64,000 nucleotides of DNA from Octopus vulgaris (lineage: Eukaryota). The stretch covers positions 53,506,001 to 53,570,000 of the forward strand of contig OX597819.1 in assembly GCA_951406725.2 (NCBI GenBank), in the 5' to 3' direction. The notes under the pieces are model-generated. The model had not been told where the DNA came from. It made no database searches and saw only the letters and a program-made list of their open reading frames with translations. The position numbers were made by a program, and so were the translations under genes. Below are positions 26,336 through 40,150 of the stretch, piece after piece (the first letter of the stretch is position 1; each line of letters begins with the position of its first letter).

Positions 26336-26592
26336 CATCATCATCATCATCATCATTTAACGTCCGTTCTCCATGCTAGCATGGGTTGGACGGTTCGACC
26401 GGGGATCTGGGAAGCCACAAGGCTGCACCAGGCTCCGGTCTTATCTGGCAATGTTTCTACAGCTGGATGCCCTTCCTAACGCCAACCACTCCGTGAGTGT
26501 AGTGGGTGCTTTTTACGTGCCACCTGCACTGGTGCCAGGCGAGGCTGGCATCGGCCACGGTCAGATTGGTGCATTTTACGTGCCACCTGCAC
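26336..26592 (-). mobile_element. RTE-LINE 3'-end fragment with (CAT)n tail abutting (TA)n
   Basis: catcatttaacgtccg...ggatgcccttcctaacgccaaccactccg. Confidence 0.8.
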
Positions 26593-27154
26593 ATATATAT
26601 ATATTTTATGCTTTGAATGATCAGAACTGTAATGCTTTAGCATTTTCATTATAGTTTGAAGATGACTTAGAACTGACTAAAAGCTACTATGTAGCATCTT
26701 GGATTAACTTACACAGCAGGGGACACAGATAATGGCATTTGCATCAAACTCTCACTGATTCAAACACACACACACACATTTGTAACAATCCTGAGGTGTA
26801 CTCAATACAAATGTAGAGTGCAATAGTTTGGGCCACGGGAGTTTTCTAGACAAGTTAGCCTAGGCAAAAAGGCATGTTGTATCACCCCCAATAGTGGAAG
26901 CATTGTGGAAGGAGAAAAAAGTACAATGGACAATAACAAAAGTGAAAGTAGTAGTAATGATAAAATTTATATCAATAAATTCTGTCTAACTAATAAAAGC
27001 ATGGGAAACTGGACATTAAAATGATGATGATGATGTGTGTGTGTGTGTATCATTTTTTATATATATTTGATCATCGTCATCTTATGTATGTTGTTTAGCC
27101 TCCAAGACAACCCTAATCAAGCAGTCCTACGATCAAAAGCTTTCCACCCAGTTA

Positions 27155-27541
27155 TACTCTTACTCTTTTACTTGTTTCAGTCATATGACTGCGGCCATGC
27201 TGGAGCACCGCCTTTAATCGAGAAACTCGACCCCGGGACTTATTCTTTTGTAAGCCCAATACTTATTCTATCGGTCTCTTTTGCCGAACCGCTAAGTAAC
27301 GGGGACATAAACACACCAGCATCGATTGTCAAGCAATGCTAGGGGGACAAACACAGACACACACACGCATATATATATATATATATATATATACGACGGA
27401 CTTCTTTCAGTTTCTGTCTACCAAATCCACTCACAAGGCTTTGGTTGGCCCGAGGCTATAGTAGAAGACACTTGCCCAAGGTGCCACGCAGTGGGACTGA
27501 ACCCGGAACCGTGTGGTTGGTAAACAAGCTACTTACCACAC
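27155..27541 (-). mobile_element. SINE family A, near full length, CpG-rich
   Basis: Reverse complement of 8598-8989. Confidence 0.85.
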
Positions 27542-29341
27542 TTGTTTTTTTATCATCATCATTATTATTATTTCTAGGGATACATTACCTAATGTTTCTT
27601 TGATGCTTTTTTTGAAACAGTTGGATGTGATTTGAAAGTTCATCTTCCATTTCTAGCAAGCTGGGTGACCACACAAGTACTCCCTCATTAGGTTGTACAT
27701 GTATATGTGCGTGGGTGAATGCACAGGGGGTGTAGAACAAAGATTATCTATTCACCCACACACTCTCTCAGACACTTAGGTTGGTTTTTTTTCAAATGAA
27801 TACCTTCATTCTTTTACTGCATATATATATATATATTATCAATAGTATGTTAGAGTTATTTCTGTCCAGATATAGATTTTCTTTTCCAAATATATACAAA
27901 CAACCATTTTCAGAATCACCAATGTATCTTTGTAATGTTTAAAATTCATCAAGATTTAGATTTTAAAAAAAAGAAAAATTTTTTCCTTTATTATTTCTTT
28001 GGTATGAATAAACATATAAGAATAAAAAAATATTACCTATCAAGTTAAGAGACTTTTAAGAGGGGCACACATTGATATAACACAATTTGAATGGCAGCAT
28101 ATATTTGATTATATCTGAATGTAGGAAGAAAATATTTTCCACCTCCAACAATCCACAAAGCTTACTGAAGTATATAGCAGTGCAGTTGCCACAACAACCT
28201 GCAGTACAGTCAGTCAAAAGTAAGCCAAGGCCCTCCCACAATGATGAGATCAATGAAGTTTATGCTCAGCTTAAAACTTCTGCATATCTGTATTATTTGT
28301 CCATATATCCTCTTTTAGCACAGAGTTTTCTTTCAAAGAGAAAAAAAAACTCAGTGATAAATGGATCGTCTCTACACACTTTATAAATGGAAGGAATAGT
28401 AGATTCATGTACCAAACTCACAGCTTACTGCACTAAAGCTCCCACCATCACATATTATCCAGATCATCTCTATCTTTTCCTGATCTGCATTGTTTGTTAG
28501 GATCAAGCATCTCCATATTTTTTCTGTTCATCGGTCCCATGAATATATAAAGCCATATAAAAAAATATGTAAACTTTGCAGCATCATTACATAAACACAA
28601 GCAATTGTTAGTGCTTTCTAGGTGGCTGAGCCTTGCGGGTGGTTGCTGAGATGTGTTTATGCAGCACAAATAGAATCTTAATCGATCTCCAACTCATGTT
28701 ATCACAAATTAATCCATAAGGGTAACATTGTTCACAATGGATCATCCTGTATGATCCCGGATGAGGGATAAATGAGGCTAGATGTACCAGGACATCGCAA
28801 TTCTGAAGAGGAAGAATTTGATGATATATTTAGTATGGGATTTGGTGAAATATAACAGAGAGGACGAGGAAATGAGCATATCAACTGGGCCCCAGTGGAA
28901 TAATTGTGCAGATTCCTACTTTACATAAGCAGAAACCATTGTAGAAATAATGCGGAAAAAGTAACACTGAGTTAGTGGTTGGTATTGCCTAATTCTGGTT
29001 CGGTCAAACAAACCTATGATTAAAAGATATTCAAACTGTAATCATCACAGTTTCATTTTAAAGTATATTCTAGCTAAGTTAATATTATCCCATATGGCTT
29101 CCCTTATGATGAGATTTGAGGAAGGTTTAGCTGCTATTCCTAGTAGCAGTTCTCTTGTTAGTGTGGCTAGTTAGGAGTTGAAGCATAATCAATCAGTGAG
29201 TATTTGCCAATTTTTGGATGTGGTGAAGAATATTTGTGCATAGTAGCATCAATTAAAAGTCATTCTGTAAAAAAAAATCAGGACTGAAGTCTTGTAGACT
29301 TCAAGAGGAAGTCCTGTTATGCAGTTTTGGTAATTGTGTGT

Positions 29342-29385
<44 letters not shown>

Positions 29386-29853
29386 GACAGAAAGAGAGAG
29401 ACAGACAGAGATTTCCATGAAAGATCATTTGTAGTAACTTTGAAAGTCTTAGCTGGCTGTTTTGTACAGAGAAGTTATTTCCTAATACTAAATTTTAATT
29501 GCTTTACAAATATCTTCACCAACCATGACGAACAACCATATTTAAGGATTTCATCACAAATAAATAAAAACTTTACATAACTAGTGCACCCATATCACCA
29601 AAACTGATGACAGTTTTGTTAATTATAGAGAACAGTGCACTTGTTCAAAATGACAGGTGACACTGTCGTTAAAATTCTTCTCTAAAAACTTAACACTTTT
29701 GTATTTAACAGTAAAATATTGCTAATAATTTACAAATGCAATAGTGCATGCCACCTACCAAAAATATAGGTCACCACAGTACATAAGCACATAGCAACTT
29801 TTTTTGACAGATTTTTTTAATTTACATTTTGTTTTTACTGACCACTAAATTGT

Positions 29854-30633
29854 TTAACCTTTTAGTATTCAGATTACTTTGTCAAATCATCATTTAACGT
29901 CCGCTTTCCATGCTAACATGGGTTGGACGATTTGACTGAGGAGTGGCGAACTAGATGGCTGCACCAGGCTCCATTCTGATCTAGCACAGTTTCTACAGCT
30001 GGATGCCCTTCCTAACGCCAACCACTCCGAGAGTGTAGTGGATGATTTTACGTGCCACCAGCACGAGGGCCAGTCAGACAGTACTGGCAATGGCCATGGT
30101 CAAATGGTGTTTTTTTATGTGCTACCTGCACAGGAGCCAGTCCAGCAACAACCTCACTCGAATGTTTTTTTCACGTGCCAATAAGAAAACACTTGTAACT
30201 ATCACACTCGAATGGTGCTTTTTATGTGCCACCAGCACAGAAGCCATTTAGCTGCTCTGGCAACGATCACGCTCGGATGGTGCTCTTAGCACTCCACTAA
30301 CACAGATGCCAGTCATCGAATTTGATTTCGATTTCACTTGCCTCAACAGGTCTTCGCAAGCAGAGTTTAGTATCCAAGTATCCAATTAAGGAAAGGTACA
30401 CATAAGTGGACTGGTTACACACCTGGCATAGGCCACGAGGTTACAATGTTTATTTATTCACATCATTTTGAATTAATCCTGCATTATCTCATAGCTTCAA
30501 GATTTCAATAAGATTATATATTTTCGGAATAACATTGTAGGGTAGGTGTGAGAGGCCAGTTATAGCCAGTTTGAACATAAAATAGGTAGAATATTTGGGC
30601 CGGATATGGCCGGTTTAAATACTAAACAGTTAA
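29854..30633. mobile_element. piggyBac-type MITE P1 split by an RTE 3'-end insertion (29888-30444, minus)
   Basis: The MITE start ttaaccttttagtattcagattactttgtcaaat resumes at about 30445 (aatgtttatttattcaca...) and ends ...cagTTAA. Confidence 0.8.
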
Positions 30634-32048
30634 TGTTAGTTATAAAAATTTAATTTTAAAATTTATTATATATTTACAAAAATACTACAATATTATTAAA
30701 CAAACATCAAAAGGTTTACATGGAAATATTATTACAACAGTCCTATTTGTCACAATACTCATAGTAAAACTGCTAGCTTCATTAAAATTTTGTTATTTTC
30801 CATCATTGCCTATTATACTAAGATTGTTCCTGTTTATCATCGTATCTAAAGCAACATGAAGCTAAACATTTCTCATCCACTCATTTTAATTCTTTCACTC
30901 ACTTTTCTCGTTTGCAATTACAGTTGTATGATATACACCTCATCCTTGTATTCATTTTCATTTTACTTGCACTGTCATCACCTCTTTATTTGTTGTTTGA
31001 CAACCTCCTACTTCCAGAATATCTCATGTGTGACAACAAGCAAATGTACATTGCTAATTGGCATATAAGGATTTTGAATAAATAAATGTGTGTGCGTGGC
31101 TGGATGTTACATACATACATACATGCATGCATACGAACAAACAAACATTGGGAATGTGTATATTACCCAGACATTAAAAATCCCAAAGTCAGTTATAGAA
31201 ATTCTTAGCTCACAAAGAGCAAAGTTCACGACACAATGAACAGATGTTACAAAACAGAGCTAAGGGGAAACATTATTTTCCTCTTTATTCATTTATTAGT
31301 TAATAAATAATGTAAATCCAGTGATAGTCTGAGTGAAATAATGTATTGCAAACAGTTTTGGGCCCATATTAAATGGATCCAGAAATCACCAATGTATGTT
31401 CAAACTGCAATATCACCTACATGATATCCCACATCTCTTGAATTATGAAAGGAACAACTCAAGGGAAGTGACAGAAGGGCTTTTAACTCTAATTGCAATG
31501 CTGCACTTCTATTAGACCAGCCACAACAAAAACAATACAGGCTCATCTGCTAATAGCCCATAAGGCACCCGCATTCTCTGCCTTAGACTACAACAGTTTA
31601 CACCCACATCCACACTGTGAACCCTTTTAGGAACATGGAGAAATGATGTTCCTCTGTTATAATGAAGGCAATTTGTCAACAATTTTGGATTTTCTAAACA
31701 AAGCCAACAATATCCTCAATGGTTTTACATTTGTTTTTTTTTTCAAGCTGGTATGGGTAGGAAGACAGTTCTTGAAGCTATATTCTGGAGCCAATTGTCA
31801 TTCCTGGAGCCAATTTTTTCTTTTCAAGCAAAATACTTTTATTCGAAGCCTTTCCACATTGACCTACCAAACTGCCTGACTTTTTCTTTATTTGGGAAAT
31901 AAAAAAGCATCATTGCCAGTTAAGTGATGTCAATAAAAAGACATGCAGAGACACACACATATATTTAGCATGTATATATAAACAGACACTGGAGCATGAT
32001 GCAGTCTGACTCATAGGATTGTATCATCATCATTTAACATCTCTCCGT

Positions 32049-32528
32049 GGAGGCGCAATGGTCGTAGGATCATGGTTTCGATTTCCAGACCAGGCATTGT
32101 GAGTGTTTATTGAGCAAAAACACCTAAAGCTCCACGAGGCTCCAGCAGGGTGGTGGTGAACTCTGCTGTACTCTTTCACCACAACTTTCTCTCGTCCTTT
32201 CTTCCTGTTTCTGTTGTACCTGTATTTCAAAGGGCCAGCCTTGTCACACTCTGAGTCTTGTTGAATCTCCCCAAGAACTACGTTAAGGATACACGTGTCT
32301 GTGGAGTGCTCAGGCACTTGCACGTTAATAAATGAGCTGCGTTATCACTGGTGCCAAGCTGTATCGGCCTTTGCCTTTCCCTTGGATAACATCGGTGGCG
32401 TGGATAGGGGAGGCTGGTATGCGTGGGTGACTGCTGGTCTTCTATAAACTACCTTGCTCAGACTAGTGCCTCAGAGGGTAACTTTCGAGGTGCAATCCCA
32501 TGGCCATTCATGACCGAAGGGTGTCTCA
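32049..32528 (+). mobile_element. SINE family C
   Basis: tRNA-like head (ggaggcgcaatgg...ggtttcgattt); an inverted copy lies at 37315-37625 and partial copies at about 490-600 and 14165-14240. Confidence 0.7.
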
Positions 32529-33220
32529 ACAACATCTCTCCATGCCACCATGGAGAGATATTGAATGATGACAGTACATACACACAACAGGCTTCTGTAC
32601 AGTTTCCATCTACCAAATATCACTCACAATGCATTGATCAATACAAGGTTATAGTATACAGACACAAATAAGGTGCAATACAATGGGATCTAACTTAAAA
32701 CCACAAGATTGTAATGGAAACCTCTTAACCACACAGCCTTGTTTCCATCTTTATAGAGACTTTGACCCATATTGTGCAGGAAATATGGATCCTGCAAGCT
32801 GCAATGAAAGCAACCTATCTAGGACAGCAGTAACTCTGAATTAAAACTGATAGTGTACATTTAATCCAAGCAAACATCATTAGTACAATCTACTGGATCC
32901 ATGTAATACAGTGATTAGAGACAGAACAGACACCCAGCAACAATAATCATGCCAAAAATGTGTTACACAATTAAAAGAAAACTGTTACATGCATCAACAA
33001 GACTAAAACCTATCATGTAAGAGTTGAATAAAGTAGCTGGGTGATTAGGTGTGAGCACTCCCTCAACAGTAGCCAACCACTGAGGGGAATTAAGCTTAAA
33101 TTAGTCAAAGGCAACACAACAGCAACAGTAAAATCTATCTATTATCCATGCACTTTAATCCAGAACAACATATTGAGCAAGAATACCATTTCTATGCAAT
33201 CCTCTTGCAGAATACTTTAA

Positions 33221-33824
33221 CCCTTGTTACTCTATTTCTGTTGAGATACTTTGTGTTTCTTTCAATTAATTTTAAATATTACTCTTTTACTTGTTTCAGT
33301 CATATGACTGTGGCCATGCTGGAGCACCGCCTTTAGTCAAGCAAATCGACCCCAGCACTTATTCTTTGTAAACCTAGTACTTATTCTATCGGTCTCTTTT
33401 GCCGAACCGCTAAGTTATGGGCATGTAAACACACCAGCATCGGTTGTCAAGCGATGTTGGGGTGACAAACACAGACACACACACACACACATATATATGA
33501 CAGGCTTCTTTCAGTTTCCATCTACCAAATTCACTCACAAGGCTTTGGTCGGCCCGAGGCTATAGTAGAAGACACTTGCCCAAGGTGCCACACAGGAGGA
33601 CTGAAAGCCCAGAACCATGTGGTTGGTAAGCAAGTGACTTACCACACAGCCACTCCTACGCCTATAATAAAGAATTTGGTAAAATCACTTAGTTATCATT
33701 AAGCTAGTGTTAGGAACATAAATTGTGACTTGGGTTTAGTGGAAGATTTTAATTCAGAACTTTTGAAAACAAGACATTTGTACTAGAGCCAGAGGTGGTT
33801 TCAGCTAGGTTGGGATCAAAAGGG
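33221..33824. mobile_element. piggyBac-type MITE (family P2) containing a SINE A insertion (33280-33664, minus)
   Basis: TTAA at 33217-33220 and 33825-33828; CCCTT...AAGGG termini; the two halves are the reverse complement of 35166-35387. Confidence 0.82.
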
Positions 33825-34212
33825 TTAATAGATAATAGCAACCTCAATATCAGAATTGGTGACTTTAATGGGCATATTAGGACATCATTAAAAAGGTTAT
33901 TCAAGGCTATGGTAGAAGAAAGAATAGAGAAAGATCAAAATTGTTGGAGTCCTGTAACACAAAGAACATTAATGTTTTAGAAATCCAGACAGCCACTTGA
34001 CCACCAAGCACTTAAGTATAAACACCAGCCACATAGACTTCATACTCACCAGGAAACAAGATAGCTAACTATTTGTGAATGCTAAGTTTTTTTCCTCGGT
34101 GAAGAATGTACTATTCAACATGAATTAGTGATTAGTTACTTCCAGATATAAGCCAGAGACTCCAAAGAAAAAAACATAAGGAAGGTATGAAAGCTGAAAG
34201 CTGTCTCTAACA

Positions 34213-34637
34213 CAGTTGTTCTCAAACATATGGCCCTTGGGGGTCAAAAATATGACCATTGGGGATCCATGTAAGATTTTTTTGTTAAAGTTTACGAGCA
34301 ATAAATTGGTTATACTCACTAGCGTAGCTAGAGTGTGAGCCGCCCAGGGTGGCCCTGCCATTTGCCACCTCCAGAGCCCACAAAAAACACATATTGCCTA
34401 CACCAGACCCAAAAGTGGTGCCCTTTAAAAGTTCCACCTGGGGCAAACTGCCCACCTCCAGCTACACTAGTGGTTATACTTCTAAAATGCACAAAATATT
34501 TTAACAAATTTTTTTATCCAATTCCTAACAATATTTGATTATAAAAATATAAGTTTTTTTTTTTTTTAACATGGGTTCCAGTAGAGTAAAATGAGAATCA
34601 AAACAGTTCATAGGTAAAAAAATGGTTGAGAATTATT
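34213..34637. mobile_element. hAT (Charlie-like) MITE
   Basis: CAGTTGTTCTCAA...GGTTGAGAATTATTG termini; internal similarity to 58626-59194. Confidence 0.65.
34317..34472. mobile_element. 156-bp hAT-type MITE nested in the previous MITE
   Basis: TIRs CACTAGCGTAGCT / AGCTACACTAGTG; perfect 8-bp TSD GTTATACT (34309-34316, 34473-34480). Confidence 0.85.
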
Positions 34638-35165
34638 GCTTTAGCATATGTAAATCCAAGAAGTACTACATGATGTCTAAAAGGAGAATAATTATAAGAG
34701 AAAACATTTGGGAATTTTTACAAGACAGCCTGCTGAGTCATAGACCAGATCTACCAATGGCGCAAGGTTCTAACTGGAGAGAGAGATGTTGTGATGAAAT
34801 AATACAATGAATAGAGCCATAAAAGTTAAGTAATAAACCTGGAAAGGATGCAAAAAAGCTATCAGGTAGCTTGAAGAAACTTGATGTTGGATTTCTCTAG
34901 CAAAGAGGAATTAAGGGGTTTGCTATTGTTCTATGCTTTGACACTTTCAGGATTGAAAAGCCATGTGACTATAAATCAAGACTTGGTATAAAGTGTGTAC
35001 AGAATGAGGGTAGCACACTCACTGATGCTGAGTAGAGGTAAGGAAACAATACTAAAAACTAGCTGATTGAAGAGAGCTCATAGGAAATACAGTCATTACC
35101 CAAAATGGATCCAATAGAAGAATCAGCTATCAAGAGGACCAGTATATGGTTGAAAGGACCTTTAA

Positions 35166-35387
35166 CCCTTTTGATACCAACCCAGCTGAAACCGCCTCTG
35201 GCTCTGTAGTACAAATGTTTTGTTTTCATAAGTTTTGAATTAAATTCTTCCACCAAACTTTAGTCACAATTTATGTTCCTAACACTAGCTTAATGATAAC
35301 TAAGTTATTTTACTAAATTCTTTGTTATATTTAAAATTAATTGAAAGAAACACAGAGCATCTCAAAATAAATACAGTAACGAAAGGA
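35166..35387. mobile_element. piggyBac-type MITE P2
   Basis: TTAA flanks at 35162-35165 and 35388-35391. Confidence 0.8.
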
Positions 35388-36249
35388 TTAAGGATATGGA
35401 TGCAAGAAAGCACCAGACCCATTAGGGAAATACACTGAGATGCTGAAAATATCCAGGAAGTAGGATATGTTGGTTACTTGCATAGTCAATCAAATAGTGG
35501 AAAAGGGATTTTGTCTCCAATCACAAGAATAAAAGTATCCCATAATCTGCTACAAAAGAAAGATGTTTTAGAAAAAAATAACTATGGAGACATTAAACCA
35601 ATGGACCATGTCAGGAAAGTATTAGAGGAGTTAACTAATTCTCTTTCAAAATTAGTAAAGAGAACTAACTTGAGTGAAATACAGTTTGATTTGTGCCAGC
35701 TTAGTGAGGTAACTACAAGTTCTTAGCCAGAAACAAACCATTATACCTGGTATTCATTAACTTAAAGAAGGCTTTTAATAGGGTACCTTACAATATATCT
35801 GGTGGTCACTAAGATAACTGGAGGTAGATGAATGGCTTGTGAAAGCAGTACAAGCAAGGTGAAAGTTAGAAAGGAATTTAGCATGCATACAACTATCCAT
35901 CAGGGCTCAGATCTGTTCTCAACCCCTCCTGTTTATTATGATTCTCAAGACGATTACAAGAGTTCAAGATTGGATGTTTGTAGGAACTCCTGTTTGCTAA
36001 CAATTTACTTCTCAGAAGATAAAAGGTGCAGTGGAATTTCAGACAAATTCACAGAGAAAGTTTACCTAAATAGCAGATGCACAGAAGTATTTAGCAATAA
36101 AAATACCATGAAATAAATTCCTAAAAGTAACTGAAAATGCTCTCTAGTAATTGACAGATTCTTTCACATACAAAACCAAATAAACAATAGAGGAAGTGGT
36201 TGTTCCAAAAACATAGCGACCAGGGTAAGATCTGGATGGAAAACATTAA

Positions 36250-36469
36250 CCCTTTAGCATTCAAACCGGCCATATCCGGCCAAAATATTTAACCTGTTTT
36301 ATATTGAAGCTGACCAGATTTGGCCTCTCACTTCAGCCCTACCATGTCATTCTAAAACTAAAGAATCACATCTCTGAAATCTCTAAACTACAAGATAATC
36401 CAGGATTAATTCAAACCATTTTAGATAAACAAACATCACATTTGACAGAATAATCTGAACACTAAAGGG
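36250..36469. mobile_element. piggyBac-type MITE P1
   Basis: TTAA-CCCTTTAG...CTAAAGGG-TTAA. Confidence 0.85.
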
Positions 36470-36841
36470 TTAAGGGAGCTAACACTCCTGCTGACAACAA
36501 AAGAATTTGCTCTCCAAATGAATGGCAAACTACATGATGCTTACTTGTGTGAGACTGCACAGTAGCAAAACATGTGCAATGGTTGGAAAGAAAAGAGGTG
36601 GGCATACTCTGCTGGATATATATAACACAACTTGAATCTAGACTATGTAACATTATAACCAGGATGCAAGAATGGCTCACTTCCCAAGCACAAAGTTTCA
36701 GGTTCAGCCCCTCTGTGCAACAGCTTGAGCAAGTGTCTTCTACTGTAGCCTTGAGCCAACGAAAGCCTTGAGAAAATTTGGTAAACTGAAAGAAGCCCAA
36801 TACACATGTGCATGTGTATGTGTGTATAAATAATAGATTAT

Positions 36842-37072
36842 GGCGGCAAGCTGGCAGAATCGTTAGCACGCCAGGCAAAATGCTTAGCGGTATTTCACCT
36901 GCCATTACGTTCTGAGTTTAAATTCCGCCGAGGTCGACTTTGCCTTTCATCCTTTTAAGGTCGATTAAATAAGTACCAGTTAAGCACTGGGGTCGATGTA
37001 ATCGACTTATTCCCTTTGTCTGTCCTTGTTTGTCCCCTCTATGTTTAGCTCCCTGCGAGCAATAAAGAAATA
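36842..37072 (+). mobile_element. tRNA-derived SINE family B, full length
   Basis: ggcggcaagctggcagaatcgttagc head; core gtcgactttgcctttcatcc...aagtaccag (resembles the MESC/Meta-type SINE core, recalled and unverified); tail taaagaaata. Confidence 0.85.
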
Positions 37073-37080
37073 TGTATATA

Positions 37081-37198
37081 ATAAATTAAATAAAGAAATA
37101 CAATTTACAATCTAATAATTTATTATATTGTTATATTCAATATTATATTATGAAATAAATTGTTAGATTGTCAATTGTATTTCTCTATTTAATTTATT
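37081..37198. repeat. AT-rich inverted repeat (~45-bp arms)
   Basis: ataaattaaataaagaaatacaatttacaatctaataatttatt pairs with aataaattgttagattgtcaattgtatttctctatttaatttat. Confidence 0.75.
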
Positions 37199-37314
37199 TG
37201 TAATTTGTATTTATACCCCTAATTCTGCAGTATTCAACTGCCATACTAGTGAATTGGATGTTTTACACTCTTTTGAAGGAATTGTTTTTCCCTTTGTTAT
37301 ATATATTTATATAC

Positions 37315-37625
37315 CATGGCACTCTGTCAGTTACAACAACGAGGGTTCCAGTTGATCCAATCAATGGAACAGCCTGCTCATGAAATTAACGTGTAAGTGG
37401 CTGAGCACTCCACAGACACATGTACCCTTAACTATGTTTGAAATACAAGTACAACAAAAACAGGAAGAAAGAGTGAGAGAAAGTTATGGTGAAAGAGTAC
37501 TGCAGGGTTCGCCACCACCACCCCTGCTGAGGCCTTGTCGAACTTTAGGTGTTTTCACTCAATAAACACTCATAGCACCCGGTCTGAGAATCGAAATCAT
37601 GATCCCACAACTGTTTGCGCCTCCA
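37315..37625 (-). mobile_element. SINE family C
   Basis: Reverse complement of 32049-32330, with an internal deletion. Confidence 0.7.
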
Positions 37626-37631
37626 CATATT

Positions 37632-37665
<34 letters not shown>

Positions 37666-39611
37666 CACACTCACATGCATGTAAATATATACATATGCAC
37701 ATGCACGTGAGCGTTTGTTTACATTTGAGCTTCTCTAAAAACTGCTTAGTTATGGATTGTGACATAGCCATCATTTTCTTCTGCAAATGGGTCATTCACT
37801 GGACTTGTCCCTTCAAAAACACATGGTATAAGGTACACCTTGCTTGAAAATCAAGCAGGTAAAAGTTAATGACAAGAAGGGCATCCAAGTGTAAAACATT
37901 GCCTCAATAATATATTTATCTAATAGAAAAAACAAAAAGAAAAACACAAATGAAAATTATACAAATAGGAAATAAACAGCAGAAGCTATGATGCAATCTC
38001 TCTTTAAAAGAATCCGCGACTAAAGACAAATTTCACAGTGTTTATCCTTTTGGTTTTGTAATGAGCCAAGATAAAATGAAAGGATGTCATTACTTGGAAG
38101 AAACATCTGGGATTTCTTTTCAAATCAAATGACATAGTATGGCATTGTTGTTGTATGAGAAATGTCAGTTTAGATTTGATTAATGTCACTTCTTAAGCAA
38201 GTCAATTTACAACACGGAATGAGTGAGTGTAGTCAACTGACAAAGAATACTGGCAAACTTCCATGAAATCATATCAACATCTCAACAAGCTGACAAGGCA
38301 GCCTCTACATGCTCACTCAACCTGCTAGAAATAGCAACTAAATCTCCTTCAAATTAGGACTTACTTGAGAAAAAAACTAAAGACATACTGGTCGATGTAG
38401 TTTTAGATTAGAAGTAAAAATAGGAATGCTACAGCAGAAATAACTTAACGGCTTTGATTAAAGACCTGCTTGTTCAAGTCTGACCTGGGAACTAAAGAAA
38501 AACAGCTCAAATGTTATAGGACTTAAGAAGAAATTGTTTTTAAAAGTAAAAATATCAAAAAGATACGATGGTTAATCATTTATGTATTGTTTAATTCCAC
38601 TAACGTAAATATGGAAAAATGATTATCTCTCTTATTCTTTCTTGTCTCACAAGTTACCCGATAACTTCACTAGTGCTAGTGGCAAGAAAAAAGTACCCAG
38701 TACACAGGCTAAAGTGGTTGGTGTTGAAAAGGGCATCCAGTCGTAAAGACCATGCCAAGGCTAGCATGATGCAGCCCTGTGACTCACAAGATCCTATCAA
38801 ACTGTCCAACCCATGCCCGCATAAAAGAATAGAGATCAAATGATGACGGTGATGGTGGTGATCAGAATGATGGCACTGATGATGATGATGGGGGAGGGGG
38901 TAATGGTAATGCTGGTGTTTGTGGTGACAGTTATAGTGATGGTGATCATGGTTATAATGCTGGGCATAAGGAAAGCAGCTAAGATCACTGTTTCTATTAC
39001 CAAAGACTACGTAAGCAATTAAAACTTAGTTTTGTTACATCAAGAGATAACAATCTTTATCACATTACAAACCAAGAGTCAATAAATCTATGATTTAGTC
39101 AATCTGCAGCTGTAAGATTACACATTGTTTTCACATTTGTTCCCTCTTGATGGTAGAACAACTAATTTATCAGATCTTCAGAACAAAAACAAAAGAGAAA
39201 AAAAAATGATTGATCAACAGATTCTCATCTGAGATTCTGTGATCAATGGTAATAGAAAACATAGAGAATGATAAGAGCTACTGCACATGAATGCATTACC
39301 TTCAAAATTGTAAGAGCCGAAATTGTAATAGTATTGCTACTTACATCATCGCAGTCTCTACACTTTTAAAAAGCTAACTCAAATAATACTTATTCCATAA
39401 TAAATAAATTTTAAAAAAGCTGGATTAATCATTTAAGAAAGCTGTCAAAATAAATTGTATACAAGTGCATGCACGGATATGCAATTAAGAAGTTTGCTTC
39501 TACAACCAAGCAGTTTCAGGTTCAGTCCCACTATGTGGTACCCTGAGCAAGTGTCTATTGACTGACTAGTACCTTTTGAATGAATCTGATAGATGGCAAC
39601 TGTATGGAAGC

Positions 39612-39660
<49 letters not shown>

Positions 39661-40016
39661 ATTATCATCATCGTTTAACATCCATTTTCCATGGCTCCAA
39701 TCTGATCTGGCAATGTTTCTACAGCTGGATGCCCTTCCTAACGCCAACCACTCCAGGAGTGTGGTGGATGCTTTTTATGTGTCACCGGCATGGGAGCCAG
39801 TCAGGAGACACTGGCATCAGCCACGTTCGGATGATGCTTTTTACGTTCTATTGGCACAGGAGCCAGTCAGGTGGCCCTGGCATTGGCCACATTCAGATAG
39901 TGCTTTTTACGTACCACGAGCACAGTAGTCAGTCAGGGACCACTGGCATTGGCCACATTCGGATGGTGCTTTTTACATGCCACCAGTGCAGGAGCCAGTC
40001 AGGTGGACCTAGCATC
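39661..40016 (-). mobile_element. RTE-LINE 3' UTR fragment with four ~66-bp tandem units
   Basis: Units of the form tgctttttacgt...ggagccagtcagg...ctggcatt...ccacattc; (CAT)n tail next to (TA)n. Confidence 0.8.
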
Positions 40017-40058
<42 letters not shown>

Positions 40059-40150
40059 ATAAAAACTGAAAAAAAAAAAAGAAAAAATAACAATGCAAGG
40101 ACGTGGTACATGCAAAATATTAAAAGATGCTCAGGGAAGGAAAGAAAGGT

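Larger units (their letters stand above)
33830..36245 (+). mobile_element. Old, heavily decayed RTE LINE interrupted by MITEs
   Basis: Remnant motifs IGDFNGHI (endonuclease), WEFLQDSL, NNYGDIKPMDH and HQGS, collinear with the element at 19319-21849. Confidence 0.7.
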
